NCBI RefSeq assembly: GCF_000253055.1 | Contig: NC_016070.1 | Location: 480,001 to 512,000 of the forward strand | Origin: Thermoproteus tenax Kra 1 | GTDB taxonomy: Archaea > Thermoproteota > Thermoprotei > Thermoproteales > Thermoproteaceae | Direction: 5' to 3' | DNA length: 32,000 nt | Shown: positions 1 through 8,611 of the stretch, in pieces | How the letters are laid out: every line of letters starts with the position of its first letter | Position numbering within the stretch: position 1 is the stretch's first letter | The notes under the pieces: model-generated | Told to the model about the DNA's origin: nothing | The model's input: only the letters and a program-made list of their open reading frames with translations | Database searches by the model: none | Program-made: the position numbers and the translations under genes

Positions 1-85
1 GCGCACGCCACGGCTCTACGCCGACTGCCCGCAAGATCAAGGCGAGGGTCCCTGCTGTGAACACCGCGTGTGTCGCCAGCTTCAC
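1..85 (-). CDS. Partial CDS (N-terminal part only), possibly a membrane-bound metal-dependent hydrolase-like (DUF457-like) protein
   Basis: Minus-strand frame from GTG at 85 reads VKLATHAVFTAGTLALILRAVGVEPWRA and is open to the window edge. The family guess rests on the ATHAVFTAGTLAL start only. Confidence 0.35.
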   Translation of the reverse strand, partial: MKLATHAVFTAGTLALILRAVGVEPWRA

Positions 86-120
86 AACGCGGAATTGACA
101 TGACTTAAATACTGTGCGGC

Positions 121-1143
121 GTGCATAACGGCGTGCAGATAGCTGTGAATAGGAGGAGGCGGACTATAGTAGTAGTCCCCGAGAGGGGGGACGACCTCTA
201 CTTTGTCTACCTCTTGGTGGATAGGGGGGATGTAGTGAGGGGCTGGACAGTCCGGGAGTACAAGCCTGAGGGAGCCAAGGAGGGCCAGAGGATAAAGGTC
301 TATCTAGCCGTCAGAGTGGAGGCGCTGGAGTATCATAAATTTAGAGGCAGCCTCAGAATACGCGGCGTAGTAGTGGAGGCCCAACAAGACCTCGAGGGAG
401 TGAAAGGGAGGAGACATACGTTCGACGTATTGCCGGGAAGAGAGATAGAGATTGAGAAGCCCGAGGGCTACCCAATGGAGCTCGTCGACGAGGTGGCGCG
501 GCTCGCGGCGGCCTCGATGCCCCGCGCACTGTTGGTCTCTGTGGACGACGAGGAGGCGGCTATCGCCTACGTCACGGCCCTCGGCGTGGAGATCTTGGCG
601 GTGTTGGAGAACAGGCGCGGCAGAGGGGATGCGGCCGAATCTAAACAAGAGGCCCTGGGCCCCTTCCTTAAAGATGTAGCTAAGGTCGCAGAACAGTACA
701 GAGTCAGGCTCAAGCCGGACAGAGTGGTTCTTGCGGGACCTCACCTCTACATCGATATGTTGTCCTCCTTCCTCAAGGGAGTTCTGTCTCCGCAGTCCTC
801 CGGCGGCGTAGCGGGAGTCTACGAGTTCCAGAGGAGCGGAAAATTTGAGGAGCTCAGAAGGGCGTTGGGATCGGAGGCCATGGACGAACTGATGAGGACG
901 GCCTCGGACAGACCGGAGCTAATCGCCGTGGGGATAGAGGCGGTGGCCGAGGCGGCCAGAGAGGGGAGGGTCCGGCTCCTCTTGGTGGTCGACCAAGAAC
1001 TGAAGGAGATGGCGGAACAGCTCAGCGAGATCCTGAGGTTGGTCTTTGCTGCCAAGGGGGAGATCAAGATAGTGCCCGCCGAGGGCGAGGCCGGCGAGAG
1101 GCTAAAGGCCATGGGGGGCGTAGCGGCGGTCCTTCGATATTAA
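121..1143 (+). CDS. pelA: Pelota / Dom34 mRNA surveillance protein
   Basis: 340 aa ORF with Pelota-type architecture: N-terminal Sm-like region, DVLPGREIEIEKPEGYP, central domain, and C-terminal VKLLLVVDQELKE-like and GEGEAGERLKAMGGVAAVLRY ending typical of Pelota. Confidence 0.88.
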   Translation: MHNGVQIAVNRRRRTIVVVPERGDDLYFVYLLVDRGDVVRGWTVREYKPEGAKEGQRIKVYLAVRVEALEYHKFRGSLRIRGVVVEAQQDLEGVKGRRHTFDVLPGREIEIEKPEGYPMELVDEVARLAAASMPRALLVSVDDEEAAIAYVTALGVEILAVLENRRGRGDAAESKQEALGPFLKDVAKVAEQYRVRLKPDRVVLAGPHLYIDMLSSFLKGVLSPQSSGGVAGVYEFQRSGKFEELRRALGSEAMDELMRTASDRPELIAVGIEAVAEAAREGRVRLLLVVDQELKEMAEQLSEILRLVFAAKGEIKIVPAEGEAGERLKAMGGVAAVLRY

Positions 1144-1171
1144 AAATTTAAATTTAGATCCAAACTGAGTT

Positions 1172-1339
1172 ATGGTGAAATGGGCTCTGCCCGCGCTACT
1201 CTACGTCCTCAGCGCCGTGGCGGTGGCGATGGGCATCCTCATCCTCTACTACGATAGAAAGGCGGCCGAGCTCGCCGTGGGCGGGATAGCTGTGGGCCTC
1301 GCGGCGCCGGCGGTCTACGCCGTATTGAGGAAGAGATAA
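1172..1339 (+). CDS. Small hydrophobic membrane protein (55 aa)
   Basis: ATG at 1172: MVKWALPALLYVLSAVAVAMGILILYYDRKAAELAVGGIAVGLAAPAVYAVLRKR*. Two hydrophobic segments, 28 nt downstream of pelA. Below the length cut-off of the supplied ORF track. Confidence 0.55.
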   Translation: MVKWALPALLYVLSAVAVAMGILILYYDRKAAELAVGGIAVGLAAPAVYAVLRKR

Positions 1340-1362
1340 ATTGTTGTACATAACATCCTTAT

Positions 1363-2271
1363 ATGAGGCTCGAGGGGGTCATTGCTGCCACCGTAACGCC
1401 GTTTACTAAGGACGGCGTAAACTACGAGGCCCTCAAGCTTCTCTTGGAGCGCCTTGCGTCGCAGGGCTACGGCCTGTTTCCCTCCTCCTCCACGGGCGAG
1501 GTGACGAAGCTCAAGCCCGAGGAGAGAATAAGGGTGGCCGAGCTCGCCGTAGATGTCGCCAGAGGCAGAGTGCCCGTCATAGCGGGGACTGGGACCGGCG
1601 ACCACCTCAGCACGATCGAGATGGCGAGGAAGTATAAAGACGTCGGAGTAGACGCAGTCCTGGTCACTCCGCCCTACTATATCCAAGGCGATTGGGCGGG
1701 CATATACGCGTTCTATAAAAAGGTCTTGGACGCAGTAGACGTCCCAGTGGTTCTCTACACAATACCTCTGGCCGTCGGCTACAATATACCCGCCGAGGTC
1801 TTCGACTTAGTTACGACGGAATACAGCAACGTAGTTGCCGTTAAAGACAGCTCGGGGGACTTCAGATACCACATGGAGTTGATCTACTTAATAGGCAATA
1901 GGACTTCGGTCCTACAGGGAGTCGATATGTTCTTCGTCCCCAGCTTGATTGTCGGCGCTAGGGGCGGCATACTGGGCGGGCCAAACTTCTTGGGCCAGCT
2001 CCCGCTGAGGCTGTACCACATGGTGAAAGAGGGCAGAATAGCCGAGGCTGTGGAGATACATCAGAAGCTCATGGAGCTCTGGAGGTTCATGGGCGGGTGC
2101 GGCCTGACTGGGAAGCTCGGCGGAAAGTGGCCCACGCTATACAAAGTGGCGACGCAGCTGGTCACTGGGATAGACATGGGTCCGCCGAGGGAGCCCCTCC
2201 CGCCGGTCGACGACAAAGACAAGGCCGAGCTCAAGAGGATCTTGGACAAGCTGGCGCCCCTCTATAGATAG
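1363..2271 (+). CDS. Dihydrodipicolinate synthase / N-acetylneuraminate lyase family aldolase (DHDPS-like)
   Basis: 302 aa; GVIAATVTPFTKDG, GSTGE-like SSSTGEVTKL, VTPPYY, YTIPLAVGYNIP, and catalytic Lys in VVAVKDSSGD. Confidence 0.88.
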   Translation: MRLEGVIAATVTPFTKDGVNYEALKLLLERLASQGYGLFPSSSTGEVTKLKPEERIRVAELAVDVARGRVPVIAGTGTGDHLSTIEMARKYKDVGVDAVLVTPPYYIQGDWAGIYAFYKKVLDAVDVPVVLYTIPLAVGYNIPAEVFDLVTTEYSNVVAVKDSSGDFRYHMELIYLIGNRTSVLQGVDMFFVPSLIVGARGGILGGPNFLGQLPLRLYHMVKEGRIAEAVEIHQKLMELWRFMGGCGLTGKLGGKWPTLYKVATQLVTGIDMGPPREPLPPVDDKDKAELKRILDKLAPLYR

Positions 2272-2297
2272 TCTTTATATACACTATAGAGTTTTTC

Positions 2298-2570
2298 GTG
2301 GACCTAGTTGTGGTTTCCGTCCTGGGCGCGGACCGCGTCGGAATAGTGGCGGGAATAGCCAACGTCTTGGCTAGACACAATGCGAATATAGTCGATATAG
2401 CCCAGACAGTCATCAGAGACATCTTTTCAATGATAATGTTGGTGGACATCTCCAAGGCAGACGTAGATATAGCGCGGCTCAGGCAGGAGCTTGAGGAGGC
2501 CGCCAAAGGGCTCGGGGTAATAGTCGCAGTGCACCATATAGACGTCTTCAGATATATGCAAAGGATATGA
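2298..2570 (+). CDS. ACT domain-containing protein (UPF0237-like)
   Basis: 90 aa, GTG start; VVSVLGADRVGIVAGIANVLARHNANIVDIAQTV ACT motif. Overlaps the next ORF by 4 nt. TATA-like tttatata about 20 nt upstream. Confidence 0.85.
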   Translation: MDLVVVSVLGADRVGIVAGIANVLARHNANIVDIAQTVIRDIFSMIMLVDISKADVDIARLRQELEEAAKGLGVIVAVHHIDVFRYMQRI

Positions 2571-3916
2571 GGCTGTTCGCGCCCGAGGAGATAGGGGAGG
2601 TCCTAGAGATGATAATGTTCAGAGAGCTCGACATAAGGGCCGTCACTCTGAGCGTGAACACATTGCCGGCCATGCGGGGCGATGTGGAGTCCACCATATC
2701 TGCCCTGAGGGAGCTCCTTAAGCCCTACCTAGAGCGTTTCAGACCCGCCGTAGATAAAATAGCAGACAAACTTGGAGTCAGGATTGTGACGGCGCGCCTC
2801 GCCGTGAGCCCCGTCAGCATTATGTTGGAGCCATTGGGGAAGTCCGACGACGGCGTCGAGATAGCTAGGGCTCTGGACGAACTGGCCGAGGCCTACGGAG
2901 TGGACATGGTAGGCGGCTTCTCGGCCTTCGTCCACGGAGGATCCTCCCGCGGAGATCGGGCGCTCATCGGCGCGCTCCCGGCCGCCTTGAACTCGACCAA
3001 AAGGCTCAGCGGCTTCGTGAACGCAGCCTCCACCTCGACTGGGATAAATATGGACGCCGTAGTGGAGGCGGCGCGCGCTATACTCCAGATGAGGCCCGAG
3101 GCCGCGGCGCGCTTCGCCGTGACCGCCAATGTGCCCGAGGACGTCCCCTTCATGCCCGCCGCCCACCACGGCCTCGGCCTGCCCGACGCCGTAGTTAACG
3201 TGGCCGTGAGCGGGCCCGGCGTCATCGAGACCGTAGTGAGGAGCTTGGGCAACGCAGACTTGAGGTCGTTGCACGACGCCATAAAGAGGGCGGCTTTCAA
3301 GATAACGAGGCTGGGCGAGCTCGTGGGCAGAGAGGTGGCGCGGGAGATAGGCGTCAAGTTCGGCGCAGTGGATCTCTCCGTGGCTCCGTCGCCTAAGGTG
3401 GGAGACAGTGTAGCCGGAATCCTCGAGGCCATCGGTCTCCCGAGGGCCGGCGCTCCCGGCTCTGTCTTTGCCCTCTCGTTGTTCGTCGACGCAGTCAAGA
3501 AGGGGGGAGCCATGGCCGCTTCAACTATCGGAGGATTGAGCGGCGCCTTTATACCTGTGAGCGAGGACGCCTTGATGGCCAAGGCGGCTGAGGAGGGGTC
3601 CTTGAGCTTCGACGCTCTCAAGGCCATGTCCGCCGTGTGTAATACGGGCATAGATATGGCGGGAATCCCTGGCGATACTCCGCCCGAGGTCGTTGCCGCC
3701 CTGGTGGCCGACATAATGGCGTTGGCGACCGCGTTGGACAAGCCCTTGGGGGTTAGGCTCGTCCCAGTGCCAGGCGGCAGGCCTGGAGACAGCTACGACT
3801 TGGGCGGACTCTATGGGAGGGTGGTCGTGATGGACGTTGGACGATACAAGGAGATACCGGTGGTCAGACGGGGCGGCGTGGCGCCTCCCGGCGTATGGAG
3901 GCTGAGAGCTGGCTGA
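2567..3916 (+). CDS. PFL family / UPF0210 (DUF711) protein
   Basis: 449 aa; DIRAVTLSVNTLPAMRGD, GFSAFVHGGSSRGDRALIGALPAAL. Paired with an ACT protein as in many bacteria and archaea. Confidence 0.85.
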   Translation: MRLFAPEEIGEVLEMIMFRELDIRAVTLSVNTLPAMRGDVESTISALRELLKPYLERFRPAVDKIADKLGVRIVTARLAVSPVSIMLEPLGKSDDGVEIARALDELAEAYGVDMVGGFSAFVHGGSSRGDRALIGALPAALNSTKRLSGFVNAASTSTGINMDAVVEAARAILQMRPEAAARFAVTANVPEDVPFMPAAHHGLGLPDAVVNVAVSGPGVIETVVRSLGNADLRSLHDAIKRAAFKITRLGELVGREVAREIGVKFGAVDLSVAPSPKVGDSVAGILEAIGLPRAGAPGSVFALSLFVDAVKKGGAMAASTIGGLSGAFIPVSEDALMAKAAEEGSLSFDALKAMSAVCNTGIDMAGIPGDTPPEVVAALVADIMALATALDKPLGVRLVPVPGGRPGDSYDLGGLYGRVVVMDVGRYKEIPVVRRGGVAPPGVWRLRAG

Positions 3917-3992
3917 CTTGTCCATTTAAAAAATGCCCGGAAGACCGGCGTTTGCGTTGAAATTTATTTAAAATGGGAACTTAAAAAGGGCT

Positions 3993-5036
3993 ATGTCCGG
4001 AGTCTCCATATCGGTCCTCGCCTCTCACAGCGCGTTGGACGTGCTGGACGGCGCCAAGGACGAGGGCTTCAAGACGATCGCGGTGGCCAAAAGAGGGAGG
4101 GAGAGGGCATATAGAGAGTTCCCAGTGGTGGACGAGCTCATAGTCCTGGATGACTATAGAGACATAGTGAAGGTGATAGACAAGCTCAAGGGCTCTGTGT
4201 TTGTCCCCAACAGGTCCTTCGCAGTGTATGTGGGCTACGACGCCATAGAGAGGGATTTCCCGGTGCCCATATTTGGGAACAGATATCTGCTCCGCTGGGA
4301 GGAGAGGGCGGGACCCTACAACTACTACAGGCTGTTGGACGAGGCCGGCATAAGGAGGCCCAAGACGTTTGCGTCGCCCGACGAAGTCGACCGTCCAGTG
4401 ATGGTCAAGTTGCCCGAGGCCGAGAGGAGGGTGGAGAGGGGGTTCTTTATAGCCAGAGACAGAGACGATCTCTGGCGCAAGGCGAGGCGTTTGGCAGAGA
4501 GGGGCATTATAAGGCTCGACGACCTCTCTAGGGCCTCTATAGAGGAGCTCGTGTTAGGCGCCCACTTTAACGCCAACTACTTCTACTCGCCCTTGTTCAA
4601 GCGGCTGGAGCTCCACAGTTTCGACAGAAGGATACAGAGCAACCTCGACGGAGTCTACCGACTGCCGGCGAGAGATCAAGTCGAGCTGGACGTGGACGTG
4701 AGATACGTCGAGGTCGGCCACGAGCCGGCCACGATAAGAGAGAGCCTCTTGGAGAAGGTATTCGACATAGGCTATCGCTTCACAGAGGCGGCCGCCAGAC
4801 TCGTGAAGCCTGGGGTGATCGGGCCGTTCACGCTCCAGTTCCTGGTGACACCAGAGCTGGACTTAGTGGTCTACGATGTGGCCCCGAGGATCGGCGGAGG
4901 CACTAACGCCTACGTCGGCATTGGAGGCCAGTACTCCAAACTCTACTGGGGCAGGCCCATCTCTGTGGGCAGACGTATAGCGATAGAGATCAAGGAGGCC
5001 ATTAGGCAAAACAAACTGGAGGAGGTGACCACATGA
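3993..5036 (+). CDS. purP: PurP-family ATP-grasp enzyme (formate-dependent 5-formaminoimidazole-4-carboxamide ribotide synthetase), paralog 1
   Basis: 347 aa; [52 protein letters not shown]-like region, [28 protein letters not shown]. Confidence 0.85.
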   Translation: MSGVSISVLASHSALDVLDGAKDEGFKTIAVAKRGRERAYREFPVVDELIVLDDYRDIVKVIDKLKGSVFVPNRSFAVYVGYDAIERDFPVPIFGNRYLLRWEERAGPYNYYRLLDEAGIRRPKTFASPDEVDRPVMVKLPEAERRVERGFFIARDRDDLWRKARRLAERGIIRLDDLSRASIEELVLGAHFNANYFYSPLFKRLELHSFDRRIQSNLDGVYRLPARDQVELDVDVRYVEVGHEPATIRESLLEKVFDIGYRFTEAAARLVKPGVIGPFTLQFLVTPELDLVVYDVAPRIGGGTNAYVGIGGQYSKLYWGRPISVGRRIAIEIKEAIRQNKLEEVTT

Positions 5037-6040
5037 TCGAGCGTTTGATCAAGGGCTACGACCTCGACAAGTTGGCCGTGGCAACCATTGCCTCGCATAC
5101 AGCCCTCCACATACTTAGAGGCGCCAAGTTGTACGGCTTTAGAACTATTGCGGTCGCCAGACCCAACACGGCGTGGTTCTACAGACAGTTCCAGTTCATC
5201 GACGAGGTGTGGGAGGCCGACTTCTCCAACTTTAGGCCGGTAGCTGAGAGACTATCGAGACAGAACGCAGTCTTGGTCCCCCACGGCTCATACGTCGAGT
5301 ACGTCGGCTGGAGACAAGCGCTCGAGGCGCCCGTGCCGACTCTCGGCGTCAGGAGGCTTATAGAGATAGAGGCGGACCAGTTCAAAAAGATGGGCTTGTT
5401 GGAGAGGGCAGGTATCCCGACCCCGCGGGTGTATAACAGCGCCGACGAAGTCACAGGCCCTGTCATTGTGAAGCTCTTTGGCGCCAAGGGGGGCAGAGGC
5501 TACTTTTTCGCTAGAGACAAGAGGGAGCTCGCCGAGAGGCTGGCCAACCTGGCAGAGCCGCACATAATCCAGGAGTACGTCTTCGGCGTTCCGGCTTACT
5601 ACCACTACTTCGCCTCTCCGATGTACTCCCGCGTTGAGATCTTCGGCATGGACATACGCTATGAGACAAACGTAGACGGCAGGACCTTCGGCCTCGTCGA
5701 ACCGTCCTTCGTCGTCGTGGGCAACTTGCCCTTGGTTCTGAGGGAGTCCCTCTTGCCGACAGTGCAGAGATATGGCGAGGCATTCGCCAAGGCTGTGCGG
5801 GAGACCTTGGGCGAGGATATGAAGGGACCCTACTCCCTCGAGTCCATAATAAAGGACGATATGTCCATAGTGGTGTTTGAGTTCTCTGGGCGCATCGTGG
5901 CCGGCACCAATGTGTACATGGGCGTCGGATCGCCCTACTCAGTCCTCTATTTCGATAAGCCCATGGATATGGGGACGCGTATAGCTCACGAGTTGGACGA
6001 AGCACGCAAGAGGGGCGCGCTTGAGAGAATAGTCAGTTAG
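5033..6040 (+). CDS. PurP-family ATP-grasp enzyme, paralog 2
   Basis: 335 aa; [67 protein letters not shown]. Overlaps paralog 1 by 4 nt (ATGA). Confidence 0.85.
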   Translation: MIERLIKGYDLDKLAVATIASHTALHILRGAKLYGFRTIAVARPNTAWFYRQFQFIDEVWEADFSNFRPVAERLSRQNAVLVPHGSYVEYVGWRQALEAPVPTLGVRRLIEIEADQFKKMGLLERAGIPTPRVYNSADEVTGPVIVKLFGAKGGRGYFFARDKRELAERLANLAEPHIIQEYVFGVPAYYHYFASPMYSRVEIFGMDIRYETNVDGRTFGLVEPSFVVVGNLPLVLRESLLPTVQRYGEAFAKAVRETLGEDMKGPYSLESIIKDDMSIVVFEFSGRIVAGTNVYMGVGSPYSVLYFDKPMDMGTRIAHELDEARKRGALERIVS

Positions 6041-6258
6041 GCGTCAGATGTATGACCGCTCCCCGACCTGAAGGGCGAGGCTTTCGGTTGTAACAAGGGC
6101 TCCCCCTTGTTATACTGGCCCTCCTCCGGGGAGCTCGGAGCGTCCGCTTGAGCCGCGCTGGGCAACCCAGGCGGGCAGGGGCCCGGCAACGGATGCGTCG
6201 TTCGGCCGAATCCCCAAGCTAGAATAGAGGGGAGAACTCTAGGAGTGGAACGTCAGCC
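6037..6258 (-). pseudogene. Degenerate C-terminal fragment of an IS200/IS605-family TnpB (OrfB)
   Basis: Minus-strand frame reads [71 protein letters not shown]. The LLQPKASPFRSG tail and the DNA gaaagcctcgcccttcaggtcgggg resemble archaeal tnpB 3' ends. Further upstream the frame has stops and no Zn-ribbon or catalytic motifs. Confidence 0.55.
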
Positions 6259-6302
6259 AGCCGCCACAGTCTCACCGATCGTCTGTGGTCAGTCTCATCA
6301 CC

Positions 6303-6310
6303 TTTTATAT
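6303..6310 (+). promoter_or_regulatory. Putative archaeal TATA box for the MBL-fold gene
   Basis: TTTTATAT about 20-27 nt upstream of ATG 6330, compatible with a leaderless transcript. Confidence 0.5.
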
Positions 6311-6329
6311 CAACAACAACCACCTTTTA

Positions 6330-7154
6330 ATGGAGCTGAGGAAGGGGGTCCTTCTGATCAAGGGATCGCCCAACACGTTGATCGTAGAGGGCAAGTACGT
6401 CATTGACCCGGGCAATCCAGCCGAGAGGGCCTCCGAGATCGCGAGGGCGCTCGGCGGGTCTCAGCCTATTGTGCTGTTGACTCACTATCACGCAGACCAT
6501 CTGGCCGCCACGCCGGACGGCGCCTTGGTCTACGCGCCCTGGGGGGAGGAGCTCTTGGTGGAGAACACGAGGGCCCGTCTCTTTTACACCCACGGCGTCT
6601 TTGTGCCTAACGCCGTCTATATCGGCAGAGACCTTAAGACGGCCGGCGTAGTGAGGCCGGGCGATAGAATCAGCAGTATAGAGGCCGTGGATCTGAGGGG
6701 ACACACTCTGGGGCACTTGGGCTATTATGTTGACGGAGTGTTGTACGCAGGCGACGCCATCTTCGGAGACGCCGTCTTAAAGCGGTACGGAGCCCCCTAT
6801 ATAAACGATGTTGACTTGTTTTTGAGTTCACTGGATAAGATAGCCTCTCTGGAGCCGGAGGTCCTCGTGATGGGCCACGGCCCCGTCGCGGGGAGCAAGA
6901 AGAGAATCCGGGAGCTCGTGGAGGCCAACAAAGGCGCTGTAGAGAGGGCTCTCTCGCTCCTTGAATCTCTGCTGCCGGGCGACCCCACCTCGCTCGCCGT
7001 GAGGATCTTGAGAGAGTTAAACGCAGAGAGGAGTTGGGAGAATGTGCTCTTGACCACCACTATTGTGAGGGCTCTCCTCAGCAAGCTTGCGGCCGAGGGG
7101 AGGGCATACCCTGACGACGAGGGGACGTGGCATAGCCAACCTCATTTACGATAA
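6330..7154 (+). CDS. MBL-fold metallo-hydrolase
   Basis: LLTHYHADHLAATPDGALVYAP (HxHxDH motif with Y in place of the second position), GHTLGHLGYYV, YAGDAIFGD, VLVMGHGP. Track ORF begins at 6285, but MELRKG at 6330 fits the TATA spacing better. Confidence 0.82.
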   Translation: MELRKGVLLIKGSPNTLIVEGKYVIDPGNPAERASEIARALGGSQPIVLLTHYHADHLAATPDGALVYAPWGEELLVENTRARLFYTHGVFVPNAVYIGRDLKTAGVVRPGDRISSIEAVDLRGHTLGHLGYYVDGVLYAGDAIFGDAVLKRYGAPYINDVDLFLSSLDKIASLEPEVLVMGHGPVAGSKKRIRELVEANKGAVERALSLLESLLPGDPTSLAVRILRELNAERSWENVLLTTTIVRALLSKLAAEGRAYPDDEGTWHSQPHLR

Positions 7155-7215
7155 TTGACGATAATGTATTAAGCCATAAGACGAAATATTTAAATAGAGG
7201 AGCCCAACGCGCTCC

Positions 7216-7371
7216 ATGCAGCCGAATCCTAAACTGGTCGACGAGATCACTAGGCTCACCAACGAGTTGTACGAGAGCGGCTATATCGAGGCCGCCCGCT
7301 TGTTGGAGGAGGCGAGGAAAGTGATCCTGGAGATGGAGCGAGAGAGATTCCTACAGCCGGCCACCGATTAA
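7216..7371 (+). CDS. Small hypothetical protein (51 aa), helical
   Basis: ATG 7216: MQPNPKLVDEITRLTNELYESGYIEAARLLEEARKVILEMERERFLQPATD*. Preceded by TATA-like aaatatttaaatag about 20-25 nt upstream. Below ORF-track cut-off. Confidence 0.5.
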   Translation: MQPNPKLVDEITRLTNELYESGYIEAARLLEEARKVILEMERERFLQPATD

Positions 7372-7877
7372 CACTCCTTCAAGAACTTCAACAGAGATTT
7401 TATCTCTCTATAGGCTCCAACTGGTATTATCACCAAGGCGCCTTTATAGTGGCCGTAAACGACCGCCGAGTCGTCTGAAGCCAGCGCTATGAATGCGAGG
7501 GAGAGCATATCCTCCTCGCCTTCGACCAACAGAAGAGTGCCGTCGTTGTTCACAGCAGTCTGCACAGCTCTCCACGCCTCCTCCGTTATATATCCAGGGC
7601 TGTTCCTGACCTTAAGCACGTGGGGAAAACGCGTCGTTATCTCCACATACTCCCTCCTCCGCGTCTTGAGATCGATGGCGGCGGCGTTGGGCACTACTCC
7701 GGCCGCCAGAAAGTTCGCAGTAACTACATCGCCTACAGTGTAAATCTTCTTCACTCCGAAGTCGCCGGCCACTGCCAGAGCCAGCTCCACGGAGCGCGGA
7801 GGGTCTCTCCAGATAGTTATAGGGTAGGGGAAGGCGAACAGCTCCCGCCTTTCCTCGGGCAACTTGAGGCACCTCAC
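7368..7877 (-). CDS. DUF359 family protein, GTP-dependent dephospho-CoA kinase
   Basis: 169 aa; YTVGDVVTANFLAAGVVPNAAAIDLKTRRR, NSPGYIT, LLLVEGEEDMLSLAFIALA, VVYGHYKGALVII are typical of the family. Confidence 0.85.
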   Translation of the reverse strand: MRCLKLPEERRELFAFPYPITIWRDPPRSVELALAVAGDFGVKKIYTVGDVVTANFLAAGVVPNAAAIDLKTRRREYVEITTRFPHVLKVRNSPGYITEEAWRAVQTAVNNDGTLLLVEGEEDMLSLAFIALASDDSAVVYGHYKGALVIIPVGAYREIKSLLKFLKEC

Positions 7878-8587
7878 AGCTCTATTGAGGCGCAGGTATA
7901 GGGCACATAGACGTCGATGCCGGGCGGGATAGACGGCGGAAATAAATAGAAGTGTATCGGCAGAAGCGCCTTGACGCCGGCCCTCTTGGCTAACTCGACT
8001 GCGTCCCTCGTAGTGCTGTGGCCCACGGCGTTGGCGACAGCCTCCTGGCCTGGATTAGCCGAGACTTCGTGGGCCAGGACATCGCAGCCTCGGGCCAGCT
8101 CCTCAAGCTCAGCGTTGGGCGCTGTATCTCCACTATAGGCGAGACACCTCCCTCCGTGCTCGATCCTGATGTGTACGGCCTCAACGGAGTGGCGCGCCGG
8201 CGCGAACTTCAGCAATGTGGAGCCAAGGCGGAGCTCCCCTCTGGCCTCGATCGGCACGGGCTCCATATGTTGCCTAAGGTGAGACATAGAGACTGCGTCG
8301 AGGATCTTCTCAATAGAGGATAACGCCGAGGCCAGCCCTATCACTTTAAGCTTGATCCCCCTCTGGCGCGCCATGAGGAGCAACGTCGGCACGCCCAGAA
8401 TGTGGTCTCCGTGCACGTGCGAGACGAACACTGCGTCTGGAAGGGGGAGCCCGCATTGGGCCATACGGGCGTAGGTCCCCTCGCCTGCATCTAAAACCAT
8501 CTTCACATCAGTTTCAACATACAACGATGTATAGCCGAGCCAGGGACTTGAGATCCAGCCGCCGTAGCCGAGTACGGTTATCTTCAT
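7874..8587 (-). CDS. MBL-fold hydrolase, ribonuclease Z-like
   Basis: 237 aa; LDAGEGTYARM, VFVSHVHGDHILGVPTLL, CLAYSGDTAPN, HEVS, VGHSTTRDAVELAKRAGVKALLPIHF. Overlaps the DUF359 gene by 4 nt. Confidence 0.8.
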   Translation of the reverse strand: MKITVLGYGGWISSPWLGYTSLYVETDVKMVLDAGEGTYARMAQCGLPLPDAVFVSHVHGDHILGVPTLLLMARQRGIKLKVIGLASALSSIEKILDAVSMSHLRQHMEPVPIEARGELRLGSTLLKFAPARHSVEAVHIRIEHGGRCLAYSGDTAPNAELEELARGCDVLAHEVSANPGQEAVANAVGHSTTRDAVELAKRAGVKALLPIHFYLFPPSIPPGIDVYVPYTCASIEL

Positions 8588-8611
8588 AATGGGGAGGAAC
8601 AGGCCTCTTAT

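Noticed and set aside
2729-3741. Long antisense ORFs (181 aa and 282 aa) opposite the UPF0210 gene
   Set aside because: They lie wholly inside a strongly supported coding gene on the other strand; shadow ORFs are expected in GC-rich DNA. No domain motifs in their translations.
6285-6329. Upstream start MVSLITFYINNNHLL for the MBL-fold protein
   Set aside because: The TATA-like box at 6303-6310 would lie inside the coding region; start at 6330 fits a leaderless transcript.
7132-7170. Direct repeat acgataa-ttg-acgataa after the MBL gene
   Set aside because: Only two short copies, no array structure; not evidence for CRISPR or an iteron system.
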